A stretch of 63,761 bases of DNA, counting the filler, from Desulfonatronovibrionaceae bacterium (lineage in GTDB: Bacteria; Desulfobacterota; Desulfovibrionia; Desulfovibrionales; Desulfonatronovibrionaceae): assembly GCA_046539845.1 (NCBI GenBank). It is 3 parts of 3 records of this genome, joined end to end, with 100 filler letters (N's around TTAATTAATTAA, not from the genome) between each part and the next. Parts side by side here need not be neighbours in the genome. Positions count along the whole stretch, not along the records: positions 26,206 to 52,266 come from JBKHGE010000033.1; positions 52,367 to 63,761 come from JBKHGE010000059.1; 1 more part is not named here. One strand, 5' to 3'. This document shows positions 47,814-56,738 of this stretch, in pieces (the stretch's first letter is position 1; the number at the start of each line of letters is the position of its first letter). The translations under genes were made by a program, and so were the position numbers. Below the pieces are notes generated by a model. It saw only the letters and a program-made list of their open reading frames with translations, was not told the origin of the DNA and ran no database searches.

Positions 47814-49931
47814 TCAGTCCCTGTCCAGGGACAGGGTAATCCTGACGTCAGCCACAATCCCTTCCTTGGAGTTGACCAGGACTGGATTGAATTCTGCTTC
47901 GTAAATCTCCGGGAAGTCCATGGCCAGCGCGGACATCTTGAGCAGGATGGTCTCCAGGGCGCCGAAATTCACCCCCTCCTCTCCCCGGAATCCCTTAAGC
48001 AGCATATATGACCGGATTTCCTTGATCATTTCCCGGGCATCCCCGGCTGTGAGCGGGGCCAAGCGAAAAGAGATGTCCTTGAGCACTTCCACATATATCC
48101 CGCCCAGCCCAAACATGACCAGGGGGCCGAACTGCTCGTCCCGCTTGACTCCGATGATCACTTCTTTGCTGTCTTCCGGGGCCATTTTCTGGACCAGACA
48201 GCCGGCGATGTGTGCCTGTGGCATGCGCCGCAGGGCCCGGGAAGTTATGGCTGAAAAAGCGGAGCGAACTTCCTCTTCGCTTTTCAGGCTGACCACCACG
48301 CCGTTTACGTCTGTTTTGTGCGAGATGTCCGGGGAGGCGATTTTCAGGACCACAGGAAAACCGATCTCCTTGGCCGCCTGCATCGCAGCCATGCTGGAGC
48401 GGGCTAGGCGTGTTTCCGGATAGGGCAGGGAGTAGGCCTTGAGTATCTCCAGGGCCTGAAATTCCACTATATCCTGATGCCCGTGCCTGCGGGCCCTAGC
48501 CAGGACTTCCCTGGCCCGGTCCAGGTCGCGTTCTATCTCCGGGATCTCCGGCCGGGGCTGGATCTTGCGCTGGTATTGGTTGTGCATGCATTCCAGACTG
48601 CTTATGGCCGGTTCCGGGAAGGAATAGCAGGGGATTCCGGCGTGCAAAAGGATTTTTTGTCCCGGGGCGATCCTTTTTTTGCCCATGTAACAGGCGAGAA
48701 TGGGCTTGTTTGAAGCCGCGGCAGTCTCGGCGATGCCCCGGCTGATTTCCTCGATCTCCCCGGCTGCGCTCGCGGTCGGGGTCAACAGGATCAGGATGGC
48801 GTGGACGTTGCTGTCCCCGGCCACCGCCTTCAGGGTGTTTATGTACCTCTTTGCCCCGGCGTCGCCTATGATATCGATCGGGTTGTATAATGATGCATAC
48901 GAGGGGAGTGCTTTTTGCAGCTTGTGCAGGGTGTCCGGGGACAGACGGGCCATTTGCAGAGAGGAGTTCTCGCACGCGTCCGCGGCCATTATCCCCGGCC
49001 CTCCGGAATTAGTGATTATGCATAGATTTGGTCCTTCGGGCAGGGGCTGGGTAGAAAAGGCATGGGCCAGGTTAAAAAGCGTTTGCACATCATGGGCCCG
49101 GAGGATTCCGGCCTTAGTAAATGCCGAGGAATAGGCCTGATCCGATCCGGCTATGGCCCCGGTATGCGAGGAGGCGGCCTTGGCCCCGGCCGCGGTGGTC
49201 CCGGATTTGATCATGATTACCGGCTTTTGCTGGCTTATTCTGGTCGCGGCCCGGATGAATTTTTCTCCATCGCATACGTTTTCGATATATCCGAGGATGA
49301 CATCCGTGTTTTCGTCCTCGGCCAGGAACTCGAGCATGTCCGCCTCGTCCAGGACCGCCTTGTTGCCCAGGCTTATGAATTTGGAAAACCCGATGTCCTC
49401 ACCCAGGGCCCAGTCCAGGATGGCCACACACAGGGCTCCGGACTGGGAGAAAAAGGCAATATTCCCCTGTTTTGGTTGTTCCGCGGCAAAGGAGGCGTTT
49501 ACCTTGTTCCGGGTATCAATAAGTCCCAGGCAATTGGGGCCGAGCAGGGCCATGCGGTGCTGGCGGGCGATTTTCACCATTTCCTGCTCCATGTGATAGC
49601 CGCGGCCCCCGACTTCCTTGAATCCGGCGGTTATGACCACGGCCGCGCGGGTGCCTTTCTCACCGAGCATGCCCAGCGCCTCCAGGACTCCGTCCCTGGG
49701 GATGGCTATGACTGCCAGGTCCAGATTGGCCGGGAGGGCGCTAATGTCCGGGGTTACTTTTAAGCCCAGGATGCTGTTTGCTTTCGGGTTTACCGGGTAT
49801 ATACTCCCGGAAAAGCCGGAGTCGAGCATATTTTTGACTATGCTGTGTCCTATCTTCCCCTGCGTATCCGAGGCCCCGATTATGGCCACGCTTTGAGGGC
49901 TGAACAAGGCTTGGATATTGTCAGCGGGCAT
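47814..49931 (-). CDS. ADP-forming acetate/acyl-CoA ligase, fused alpha-beta
   Basis: PQSVAIIGAS, GPNCLG, SQSGA, SSHTGAIAG (phospho-His), TNSGGPG, NPIDIIGDA, ATP-grasp VLKIASPDISHKTD, FGPLVMFGLGG. Confidence 0.93.
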   Translation of the reverse strand: MPADNIQALFSPQSVAIIGASDTQGKIGHSIVKNMLDSGFSGSIYPVNPKANSILGLKVTPDISALPANLDLAVIAIPRDGVLEALGMLGEKGTRAAVVITAGFKEVGGRGYHMEQEMVKIARQHRMALLGPNCLGLIDTRNKVNASFAAEQPKQGNIAFFSQSGALCVAILDWALGEDIGFSKFISLGNKAVLDEADMLEFLAEDENTDVILGYIENVCDGEKFIRAATRISQQKPVIMIKSGTTAAGAKAASSHTGAIAGSDQAYSSAFTKAGILRAHDVQTLFNLAHAFSTQPLPEGPNLCIITNSGGPGIMAADACENSSLQMARLSPDTLHKLQKALPSYASLYNPIDIIGDAGAKRYINTLKAVAGDSNVHAILILLTPTASAAGEIEEISRGIAETAAASNKPILACYMGKKRIAPGQKILLHAGIPCYSFPEPAISSLECMHNQYQRKIQPRPEIPEIERDLDRAREVLARARRHGHQDIVEFQALEILKAYSLPYPETRLARSSMAAMQAAKEIGFPVVLKIASPDISHKTDVNGVVVSLKSEEEVRSAFSAITSRALRRMPQAHIAGCLVQKMAPEDSKEVIIGVKRDEQFGPLVMFGLGGIYVEVLKDISFRLAPLTAGDAREMIKEIRSYMLLKGFRGEEGVNFGALETILLKMSALAMDFPEIYEAEFNPVLVNSKEGIVADVRITLSLDRD

Positions 49932-50165
49932 TTCACTTTCCTTTCTTTGTCTGTTTTTCCAAGGCTGTTGGACTTGTCCGTCTTTGCTTTCTTATTTAAT
50001 GTATAGAGGCTACAGGTTTTATATTAAGACTTCAACAAAAGTTGTGCGCCAAGCAGGCCGGCTTGATGTGCATTTTGTTTTTAGGCGTTGCACTCTTGTC
50101 AAACAGGACTGACTTGGTTTATTTTAAAATAGCAAAATCAGGATACAAGTCAGCAAGGAGGAAAG

Positions 50166-51554
50166 ATGTATTTTAAGCAGCTCACGATCCAGGGGCTGGG
50201 ATGCAATTCTTATGTGCTCGGCTGTCCCGGGGCCAGGAAAATGGTGGTTGTCGATCCCAAGCGGGATGTCCAGGACTATCTGGATATTTCCCGGGAAGAG
50301 GGGATGAAGATTACTCATATTATAGACACGCACGTGCATGCCGATCATGTCAGCGGTGCGCATGAGCTCAAATCCCAGACCGGGGCGGATATCTATATGT
50401 CCGAACATGCCCCGGTGAAGTTTGACTGCGGCGAACTTAAGGAAGGGCAGCGCATTGAATTCGGCATGGTCAGGATCGAGGTGATTTATACCCCCGGGCA
50501 TACGCCCAATGCCATTTCCCTTTTGGTAACGGATAAGGCCAGGTCGGATGAACCGTGGATGATCCTGACCGGGGATTTGTTGTTTGTGGGGTCCATAGGC
50601 CGTCCGGACCTGGCCGGAGAGGAGATACTCGAGGATCAGGTCCGGAACCTGTATGATTCCCTGTACAATAAAATCGGGGCTCTTCCCGATTATCTGGAAC
50701 TGTATCCGGCGCATGGACAGGGGTCGTTGTGCGGCAAGGGTCTGAGTTTCAAGAGCAGCTCCACCCTCGGCTTTGAGAAAAGGGCGCAGGAGATTCTCAG
50801 GTTGGACAGCTTTGAGGAGTTTCACGATCAGGTTATCGGAGAATATCCGGCCCGGCCCAAGAGTTTCTCGCATATAATTTCCACCAATACCCGGGGAGCT
50901 CCACTTCTGGAGCGCTGTCCCCTGGATCGGGCCATGAATCCGGATATGTTCAAGCAGGCCGTGGATCGGGGGGCAACCATAATAGATACCCGGGATACCG
51001 GTGCCTTTGGTGGCTTCCATGTCCCCGGGGCCATTAATATCGGTTTTGAAAAACAGATGGCCAATTGGATAGGCATGGTAATCGAGCCGGATGCGGATCT
51101 GCTGCTGGTAGTGGATGAGGAGCACAAATATGACCTTATGCTCACTGAATTGCACCGCATCGGCTATGATAATGTCTTCGGATATCTGGCCGGGGGAATG
51201 GCTGCATGGATAAATCACGGTTTGCCCATAGACAATTTGTCCCCGATTTCCGTGCAGGGGCTTAAAGTCAAGATGGATACCGGCGATTTCGAGCACATAG
51301 TCGATGTCCGCACTCCGGCGGAACGCGAATCAGGCTATGTCCCCAAAACCTCGTTCGCCCCCATGACCGATATACTGGAAAAAGGTCTGGATTTGCCCCC
51401 AAAGGAGGAAGTGATCCTTGTTTGCGGAAGCGGATACCGCTCCAATATCGTTGCCAGCAAGCTGAAGCAAAACGGGTTTACCCATGTGCACAGTCTGGCC
51501 GGGGGCATGCATGCCTGGTCCAGCGCCGGATTTGAGCTTGCCGGACAGTCCTGA
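50166..51554 (+). CDS. MBL-fold hydrolase with two rhodanese domains (persulfide dioxygenase / sulfurtransferase, CstB-like)
   Basis: THVHADHVSG, TPGHT, TGD.LF..GRPDL, PAHGQGSLCG; C-terminal active-site CGSGYRS. Confidence 0.9.
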   Translation: MYFKQLTIQGLGCNSYVLGCPGARKMVVVDPKRDVQDYLDISREEGMKITHIIDTHVHADHVSGAHELKSQTGADIYMSEHAPVKFDCGELKEGQRIEFGMVRIEVIYTPGHTPNAISLLVTDKARSDEPWMILTGDLLFVGSIGRPDLAGEEILEDQVRNLYDSLYNKIGALPDYLELYPAHGQGSLCGKGLSFKSSSTLGFEKRAQEILRLDSFEEFHDQVIGEYPARPKSFSHIISTNTRGAPLLERCPLDRAMNPDMFKQAVDRGATIIDTRDTGAFGGFHVPGAINIGFEKQMANWIGMVIEPDADLLLVVDEEHKYDLMLTELHRIGYDNVFGYLAGGMAAWINHGLPIDNLSPISVQGLKVKMDTGDFEHIVDVRTPAERESGYVPKTSFAPMTDILEKGLDLPPKEEVILVCGSGYRSNIVASKLKQNGFTHVHSLAGGMHAWSSAGFELAGQS

Positions 51555-51669
51555 TCTGCTGCCTTTAAGATTGCTTGTGCCCGGCAAAAGCATCCGGGAT
51601 GATCAGGCGGAAGGAATCCATATCAAGTTTGATATACCCCCGGGCTCCAAAACGGAAAATCAGCTAAAG

Positions 51670-51768
51670 GAAAAGGTCAGGATACTGTGTACGCGTTACA
51701 GGAGCCGATTGCTGCTTACAGCGATGATTTTGGCGGCAAAATTGAGTCTCTAAGGGCTGAAAACGGGC
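51670..51768 (+). repeat. diverged dispersed repeat, copy 1
   Basis: Shares GTGTACGCG and TACAGCGmTGATTTTGGsGGCAAAA (23/25 identical) with 63493-63590. Confidence 0.6.
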
Positions 51769-51799
51769 TTTTGTGGAACGAATTTAATGAAATTTGAGA

Positions 51800-52126
51800 A
51801 TGTTACACAGGTCCGACCCCACACCACTCAATGACAACATACTGAAAATATTTGAGTCATTCTTTGAAAAATACAAGAAAACCGAAGGAGACTGCACGGT
51901 ATGGTCCGCCCCCTTCAGGCAGTTCTTCCCCCATGGCAGCTTTGAGATAAATATGACCAAATGCCCGCGCGGGGAAATATTCAAGGTGTTCGTGGACAGC
52001 CAGAAGATAATGGAAATAGAGGGGCGGGAAAATTTCCTGAACAGCCTGGGCGAACTGGAAAAGACCTATCCCAGGCTTTTCAAAAAGGATGACTTCTTCA
52101 GGGACATGCAGGAGATGGTAGAGTAG
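51800..52126 (+). CDS. hypothetical protein (108 aa)
   Basis: ORF with protein-like composition and no competing gene; no family recognised. Confidence 0.65.
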   Translation: MLHRSDPTPLNDNILKIFESFFEKYKKTEGDCTVWSAPFRQFFPHGSFEINMTKCPRGEIFKVFVDSQKIMEIEGRENFLNSLGELEKTYPRLFKKDDFFRDMQEMVE

Positions 52127-52266
52127 GCGGCATGCCGACCGATCCTCCACTGCTTGACTTCACTTTAGGCACTTTTTGTTCCTAATGCGAAGTAAAAGTA
52201 GTGTCTTTTGAATCCTGAATCCGTGACTATTCCTTAAACGAAGTACTTATATGCACATTTCAGCCG

Positions 52267-52366
52267 NNNNNNNNNNNNNNNNNNNNNNNNNNNNNNNNNN
52301 NNNNNNNNNNTTAATTAATTAANNNNNNNNNNNNNNNNNNNNNNNNNNNNNNNNNNNNNNNNNNNN
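52267..52366. other. artificial contig linker
   Basis: N44-TTAATTAATTAA-N44. Confidence 0.99.
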
Positions 52367-52595
52367 TTAATCGACTCTTCCCAATTTCCACCTCCGTCAT
52401 CCCGATCAGGGACCATGAAACAACAAGAATTAGGCAACCCAATTGCCTTTTATTAAAAAGCTCTAAATTCAGACAGCTTAGTAACGCTTGCAGGGCCTTA
52501 ATAACAAAATCTTGCACATGTTCGTGAAAGGAGCCTTCTTGTTTCTATGACCGAGTTTCTTGAGTAAATCTAAACCACTCACACGATCCTGCCAC

Positions 52596-53123
52596 TTATC
52601 CTCGCAAATCCCGGTTTGCAGCGGTTGCAGGCATAAACATCTCCAGTAGCCGGCCCTGGATCACAGCGCCAGTCAGGATATACACACACAAGAACAGGGT
52701 AAATATCCACCCGAAATAGTCAATCATAATAGGCAAAAGCGGCAGCTTGACCGCTCTGGATGCAAAAAAAGCGGCCAGCAGTCCGTCCCTGGTTCCCTGA
52801 ACGCGCAAGTCATGAAGCAAAGGGTACCAGGCATACATCGGTCCGTGGCTCAGAAGACCGCCGACAAGAGCCCATACCCAACCCCTTATTCCGCTTTTTC
52901 GGCCCAGGTGGCGGGCAATCCGGGCCGGGCGCAAAAAGTAGTTTATGAACGCGGTCAATAGAATTACACCGACCAGAATGGGCAGGATGCGCAAAAAAAT
53001 TTTTGCAGCCTTATGCGCGGCCATGCAGGCGGTTCCGGCATCCAGAACTAGCACCCCCGCGTACAGGATCAAAACGGCCAGGAAAAAATATCCGCCCGTG
53101 AAGGTGAACCTTTTTTTGTTCAT
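52596..53123 (-). CDS. putative permease subunit (DUF318/ArsP-like half)
   Basis: Hydrophobic; LGRKSGIRGW, SHGPMYAWYPLL..L; ATGA overlap with the upstream gene. Confidence 0.75.
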   Translation of the reverse strand: MNKKRFTFTGGYFFLAVLILYAGVLVLDAGTACMAAHKAAKIFLRILPILVGVILLTAFINYFLRPARIARHLGRKSGIRGWVWALVGGLLSHGPMYAWYPLLHDLRVQGTRDGLLAAFFASRAVKLPLLPIMIDYFGWIFTLFLCVYILTGAVIQGRLLEMFMPATAANRDLRG

Positions 53124-53572
53124 GCAAACATTCCCACGGTAAATACAGTGGCTACGGATACCAGGATGACGAATATAAAGGCCAGAACGTTTCTGATAAA
53201 CACGAAACGTAAGCCGAAAACACCGATTTCGGCCGGGATCTGAACCACTCCCAGGCTGACCCAGGACAGAATAAAGGCGCACACCGCATAAAGGGACACT
53301 TCCTGGGCCAGGAGTTCGCCCCCGATTATATAGCTTACAACCGCGTTCCCGGCCGCAAACGCCCCGGCCAGGGTGCCGACAAGGGTATCCAAAACCGGAT
53401 TCCCCTGAAAAAAAGCGGCCAGGAGTTGCGGATCCACAAAAACCTGAAACAGCCCCACCAGCCCGATCACCCCCACCAGCAAGGGCAGAAGGGATAAAAA
53501 GGAAAGAGAACTTCTGCGCAAAGCCGAGAGCAGGGAGGGAGACTGCGCGGAATTATCCCGAATTTCACTCAT
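53120..53572 (-). CDS. putative permease subunit (DUF318/ArsP-like half)
   Basis: Hydrophobic; AAGNAVVSYIIGGELL, SWVSLGVVQIPAE...G..F...RN; start ATG 53572 (ORF open to 53587). Confidence 0.75.
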   Translation of the reverse strand: MSEIRDNSAQSPSLLSALRRSSLSFLSLLPLLVGVIGLVGLFQVFVDPQLLAAFFQGNPVLDTLVGTLAGAFAAGNAVVSYIIGGELLAQEVSLYAVCAFILSWVSLGVVQIPAEIGVFGLRFVFIRNVLAFIFVILVSVATVFTVGMFA

Positions 53573-53765
53573 GTTTTCCACACACACTCGGGTCAGTGAT
53601 TAAAGTTCATCCCACGGTTTTTGTTGCTTCTGGACTTTCCCCGGGGGATTTTTTGTACGCAATCAACGGCAGGTGCGCATATTGTATTCTTCCCGTCAAA
53701 AGGGGAGATATCCGGCAAACTAATTGCGATTAAATCCGCTCCACGTGTCGAACAACCCGCTTTTT

Positions 53766-54512
53766 CTAGGGCAATGTATCCACGGCAGCGAATTCCGGCT
53801 CATGCAGGGGGAGGAGGATATCCGCCATGTCCCGGACTTCAAGCATTATATCGTAGGCCTTCTGCGGGTCTGTGGGAGTGCCCGGGGGAATGACCTCCAT
53901 TTCCATGGCGGTAATCTCCCGGGGAGGATAGAAGTTTTCCCGGATAAGGCAAAAACCGGTAATCACCGCCTTGCCCCGGGCGGTATCCACCACGATGCTC
54001 ATGCCCCCCTGGGTATGCGCCGGGGTATGCACCATGCGGATGCCGGGGACGATCTCCCGGTCCCCGTCCAGGACCTCGACCTGCCCGTTTTCCTCAACAT
54101 CCTCGATAAAATCAGCCAGATATCGAAAGTCCAGGGGATGGGGATCGTGCGCGTGCTCCAGCTCCTTTTTGTGCACGTAAAAACGGGCATTGGTGCACTT
54201 GTAATCGTTTTCACAGTGATCGTTGTGCAGATGGGTGTGCAGGACTATGTCGATATCCTCGGGCTTGAGCCCCCATTTGCCAAGCCCCTGTTCAAAGGTA
54301 TAAATTCTCCCGCCGACGGACTCTTCGCGCTGCTCGGACTGGATAGGGTGCATCTCCCCGGTGTCCACCAGGATGTTTTTGTCCCCGCCCTCCAGATACC
54401 AGCAATACAAGGGGATGGTATACGGCGCTCCGTAATCGTGCTGAAAGGTCATCATGCCCTTATCGAACTGCTTGGTGCCCATGACTATGGGATGGATTTT
54501 GAACTGGGCCAT
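53766..54512 (-). CDS. N-acyl-homoserine lactonase-family metallo-beta-lactamase
   Basis: ILVDTG, HTHLHNDH, HTPAHTQG, terminal PLHE; substrate not determinable from sequence. Confidence 0.8.
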   Translation of the reverse strand: MAQFKIHPIVMGTKQFDKGMMTFQHDYGAPYTIPLYCWYLEGGDKNILVDTGEMHPIQSEQREESVGGRIYTFEQGLGKWGLKPEDIDIVLHTHLHNDHCENDYKCTNARFYVHKKELEHAHDPHPLDFRYLADFIEDVEENGQVEVLDGDREIVPGIRMVHTPAHTQGGMSIVVDTARGKAVITGFCLIRENFYPPREITAMEMEVIPPGTPTDPQKAYDIMLEVRDMADILLPLHEPEFAAVDTLP

Positions 54513-54613
54513 ACTCACTCCTCTTTTGATTGCCGGTAAAGATTTGCGTACTCAGCGTCCTGGCGGATCAATCTGCTTGTTTTTCAGCCGCATTTGCGCA
54601 AAAGTGGGCAGAC

Positions 54614-55024
54614 CTAGGCAGCGGAAGCCTCTTCCTTTTTCACGTGCGGCTTTATGTCCAGAATGGGCGTGCCCTCGCGCATGTCAATGCCCCGGACATC
54701 AATCCTGTTTCCGCGCACGGCAAGCACTTCCACCACGGACAGCCCCACCGGATTGGGCCGGTATGGGGAACAAGTGCGAAAGACCCCTTTTTTCTCCCCG
54801 TTCAAGTGCGGCGGGCGCTGCTGCAGGGACTTGGACCTGAACTCTGGGGACTCGTGAAAGCTGAAAATAACCACGATCTCCTCTCCGGCCTGAATCCCGG
54901 TAAGCCCTTCGGTATACTTTGCATCTATCTCCAGGGTTCCCTGCACGTCGGATACCGACCAGTGCCGGGGGAGATCCCGGGCCTCGGTGTGCACCGTTCC
55001 AATAGACTGCATTGTAATCTGCAT
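54614..55024 (-). CDS. TrmO/TsaA (YaeB)-like SAM-binding protein, short single-domain form
   Basis: SIGTV, F.FH, GVF.T.SP.RPNPVGLS, GID..EGTPILDIKP. Confidence 0.88.
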   Translation of the reverse strand: MQITMQSIGTVHTEARDLPRHWSVSDVQGTLEIDAKYTEGLTGIQAGEEIVVIFSFHESPEFRSKSLQQRPPHLNGEKKGVFRTCSPYRPNPVGLSVVEVLAVRGNRIDVRGIDMREGTPILDIKPHVKKEEASAA

Positions 55025-55072
55025 TCTCTCTCCTTGCGCCTGTTTATTGCGGCCCTCCGCTTTCTTAAATCC

Positions 55073-55843
55073 TTATCCCGAATCCGGGGATCTTAGGCTG
55101 AAAGGCGGTTCCTTGGACACGGAGTCCATGATTTCCTCGACCGCCTTTTCCTCCTCCTTGGAGCCGGAAACCGCAAGCCAGACCGCTCCTTCCGCGCCGC
55201 ACACACCCCCGGCAGCCATGACCCGGGCCTGGGCGCCGGAAAGAGCGGCGATTGCATCCAGCTCGGTGAACACCTCGCCGGGCAAGGGCAGCATGCGCAC
55301 TCCGCTGGCCCCCGGGGAATTAAGCTCTCCGGCGATCTCCCGGATACCGGAATCCACCCGCTTTTCCAGGCCGATGGGGACTATAAACCCCGTCCGCCTG
55401 CCCACAACCGCCTGCATGGCGCACACGGTGGTTCCGCCCCGGGGATGGCCAATAAGCACCCCGGCCTCCCCTTTCTTTATATCCAGGGCATTGCCGCCCT
55501 TGAGGATAACGTCCTTTGGACCTAAATCATGGATCACGTCAAAAATGGTTTGCCCCGCAAGCCATTCGCCTTTGTGCAGGATCACATCCCCGGGAAAATC
55601 GGATTTCGGGCCACCGGCTTTACTTCCCGGGGGAATACTCAGCCCGCGGTAAAAATCGGATCTAAAGAATCCGGCCTCCCGGCCCAGACCCTTTAATATC
55701 TCTTCCGCTATATACCCGTTGGTGGTCCCGGCCAGTACGGCCAGGGTGTTGTTTTCAAGCGCGAATCGGATGCGCTCCTCCCGGGCCAGGGCCAGGGCGA
55801 TAAGCCTTTTTCCTGCGGCCGGGGTAACAACGAACTGCTCCAT
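55073..55843 (-). CDS. conserved hypothetical protein
   Basis: GKRLIA, GTTNGY, LKGGNALD, GHP.GGT, PIGLEK, GG..GAEG; enzyme-like motifs; sits within the minus-strand gene run. Confidence 0.75.
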   Translation of the reverse strand: MEQFVVTPAAGKRLIALALAREERIRFALENNTLAVLAGTTNGYIAEEILKGLGREAGFFRSDFYRGLSIPPGSKAGGPKSDFPGDVILHKGEWLAGQTIFDVIHDLGPKDVILKGGNALDIKKGEAGVLIGHPRGGTTVCAMQAVVGRRTGFIVPIGLEKRVDSGIREIAGELNSPGASGVRMLPLPGEVFTELDAIAALSGAQARVMAAGGVCGAEGAVWLAVSGSKEEEKAVEEIMDSVSKEPPFSLRSPDSG

Positions 55844-55883
55844 TTAACATCCTTTGGACCCGGATCAGGGGATTAAAAACGAT

Positions 55884-56432
55884 CTAGGCAAAATTTTTCT
55901 CAAAAAGCTCATCTATGGCCAGCCGGCCGTTATCCTCCAAAAACCTGGTCCCGGTGCCGGTGAAATGGGTTCTGGAAATAACCGGGGTTTCGGTTTTCTC
56001 CCAGGCCTCTTTCATCCACTTGAACCAGGCATCCTGTTTCTGATCAAAAACATAGAGATTCTTGTTGCAGATTTTGGCGAACTCCGCTCCCCAACCGGTA
56101 CCGCCCTTGACCGTCCCGTCCTCCAGGATGGTGCCCACCACAAAGACCTCTTCCCCGGAATCCACCTGCCAGCTTATGCTCTGCAGAATCTTCCGGAAAA
56201 GCGGGGCCCGGGTGAAGTTGCGGTTCATGAGCCTGGACACATAGGTCAGACTCACGTCCTTTCTGGCCAGTTCCTCACTGGTCAGGTACCTGAGCCCGCG
56301 TGTCCGTTCCGTGGAATGCCCTTCAAAGGTGAAGTTCACCTCCTGTACCCCGTATTTCTCAGCCATCTTGCCGAAATATTCCTCCGTCCCTCTGGCTCCG
56401 CCGCTGAACAACACATACTGCTCCGCTCCCAT
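55884..56432 (-). CDS. hypothetical protein, possibly SLOG (DprA/LOG-like) fold
   Basis: LFSGGARGTE and KGGTGW glycine motifs; GGAGG RBS. Confidence 0.65.
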   Translation of the reverse strand: MGAEQYVLFSGGARGTEEYFGKMAEKYGVQEVNFTFEGHSTERTRGLRYLTSEELARKDVSLTYVSRLMNRNFTRAPLFRKILQSISWQVDSGEEVFVVGTILEDGTVKGGTGWGAEFAKICNKNLYVFDQKQDAWFKWMKEAWEKTETPVISRTHFTGTGTRFLEDNGRLAIDELFEKNFA

Positions 56433-56738
56433 AATAAATCCTCCCAGTCATAAATACTGTTTTTGTCCATCTTGCTCCCCGCCCCCGGACAACTTGTCCG
56501 GAAGCGGTAAAAAGTTCCCATGTGCGTCAGGGATATAGGAGGTAAACATTAGCCCAGAGCAAGATTGTCTGTAAAGCTTCCGAGTGCCCGGACCGGGCAG
56601 AGGACAAATGCCCGGCCCTGGACACTCTCTCTGCTCTGCCGTATCTTTGTCTTTCTTCGGATAACGGACCGGATACCGGCCTGAGCCGGAAGCACGTTTT
56701 TCTCGGGCCCCAAAACAGATCGCACGGATCCAGACTAC

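Noticed and set aside
52311..52517. ORF running into the linker, and the 231-aa call for transaldolase
   Set aside because: Artefacts of translating through N spacers
52127..52595. IS ends or transposase fragments at the contig edges
   Set aside because: AT-rich non-coding ends are suggestive, but no terminal inverted repeat or transposase motif could be identified
56433..56738. Cobalamin riboswitch upstream of cobD-cobQ
   Set aside because: No B12-box or other conserved core motifs found on either strand
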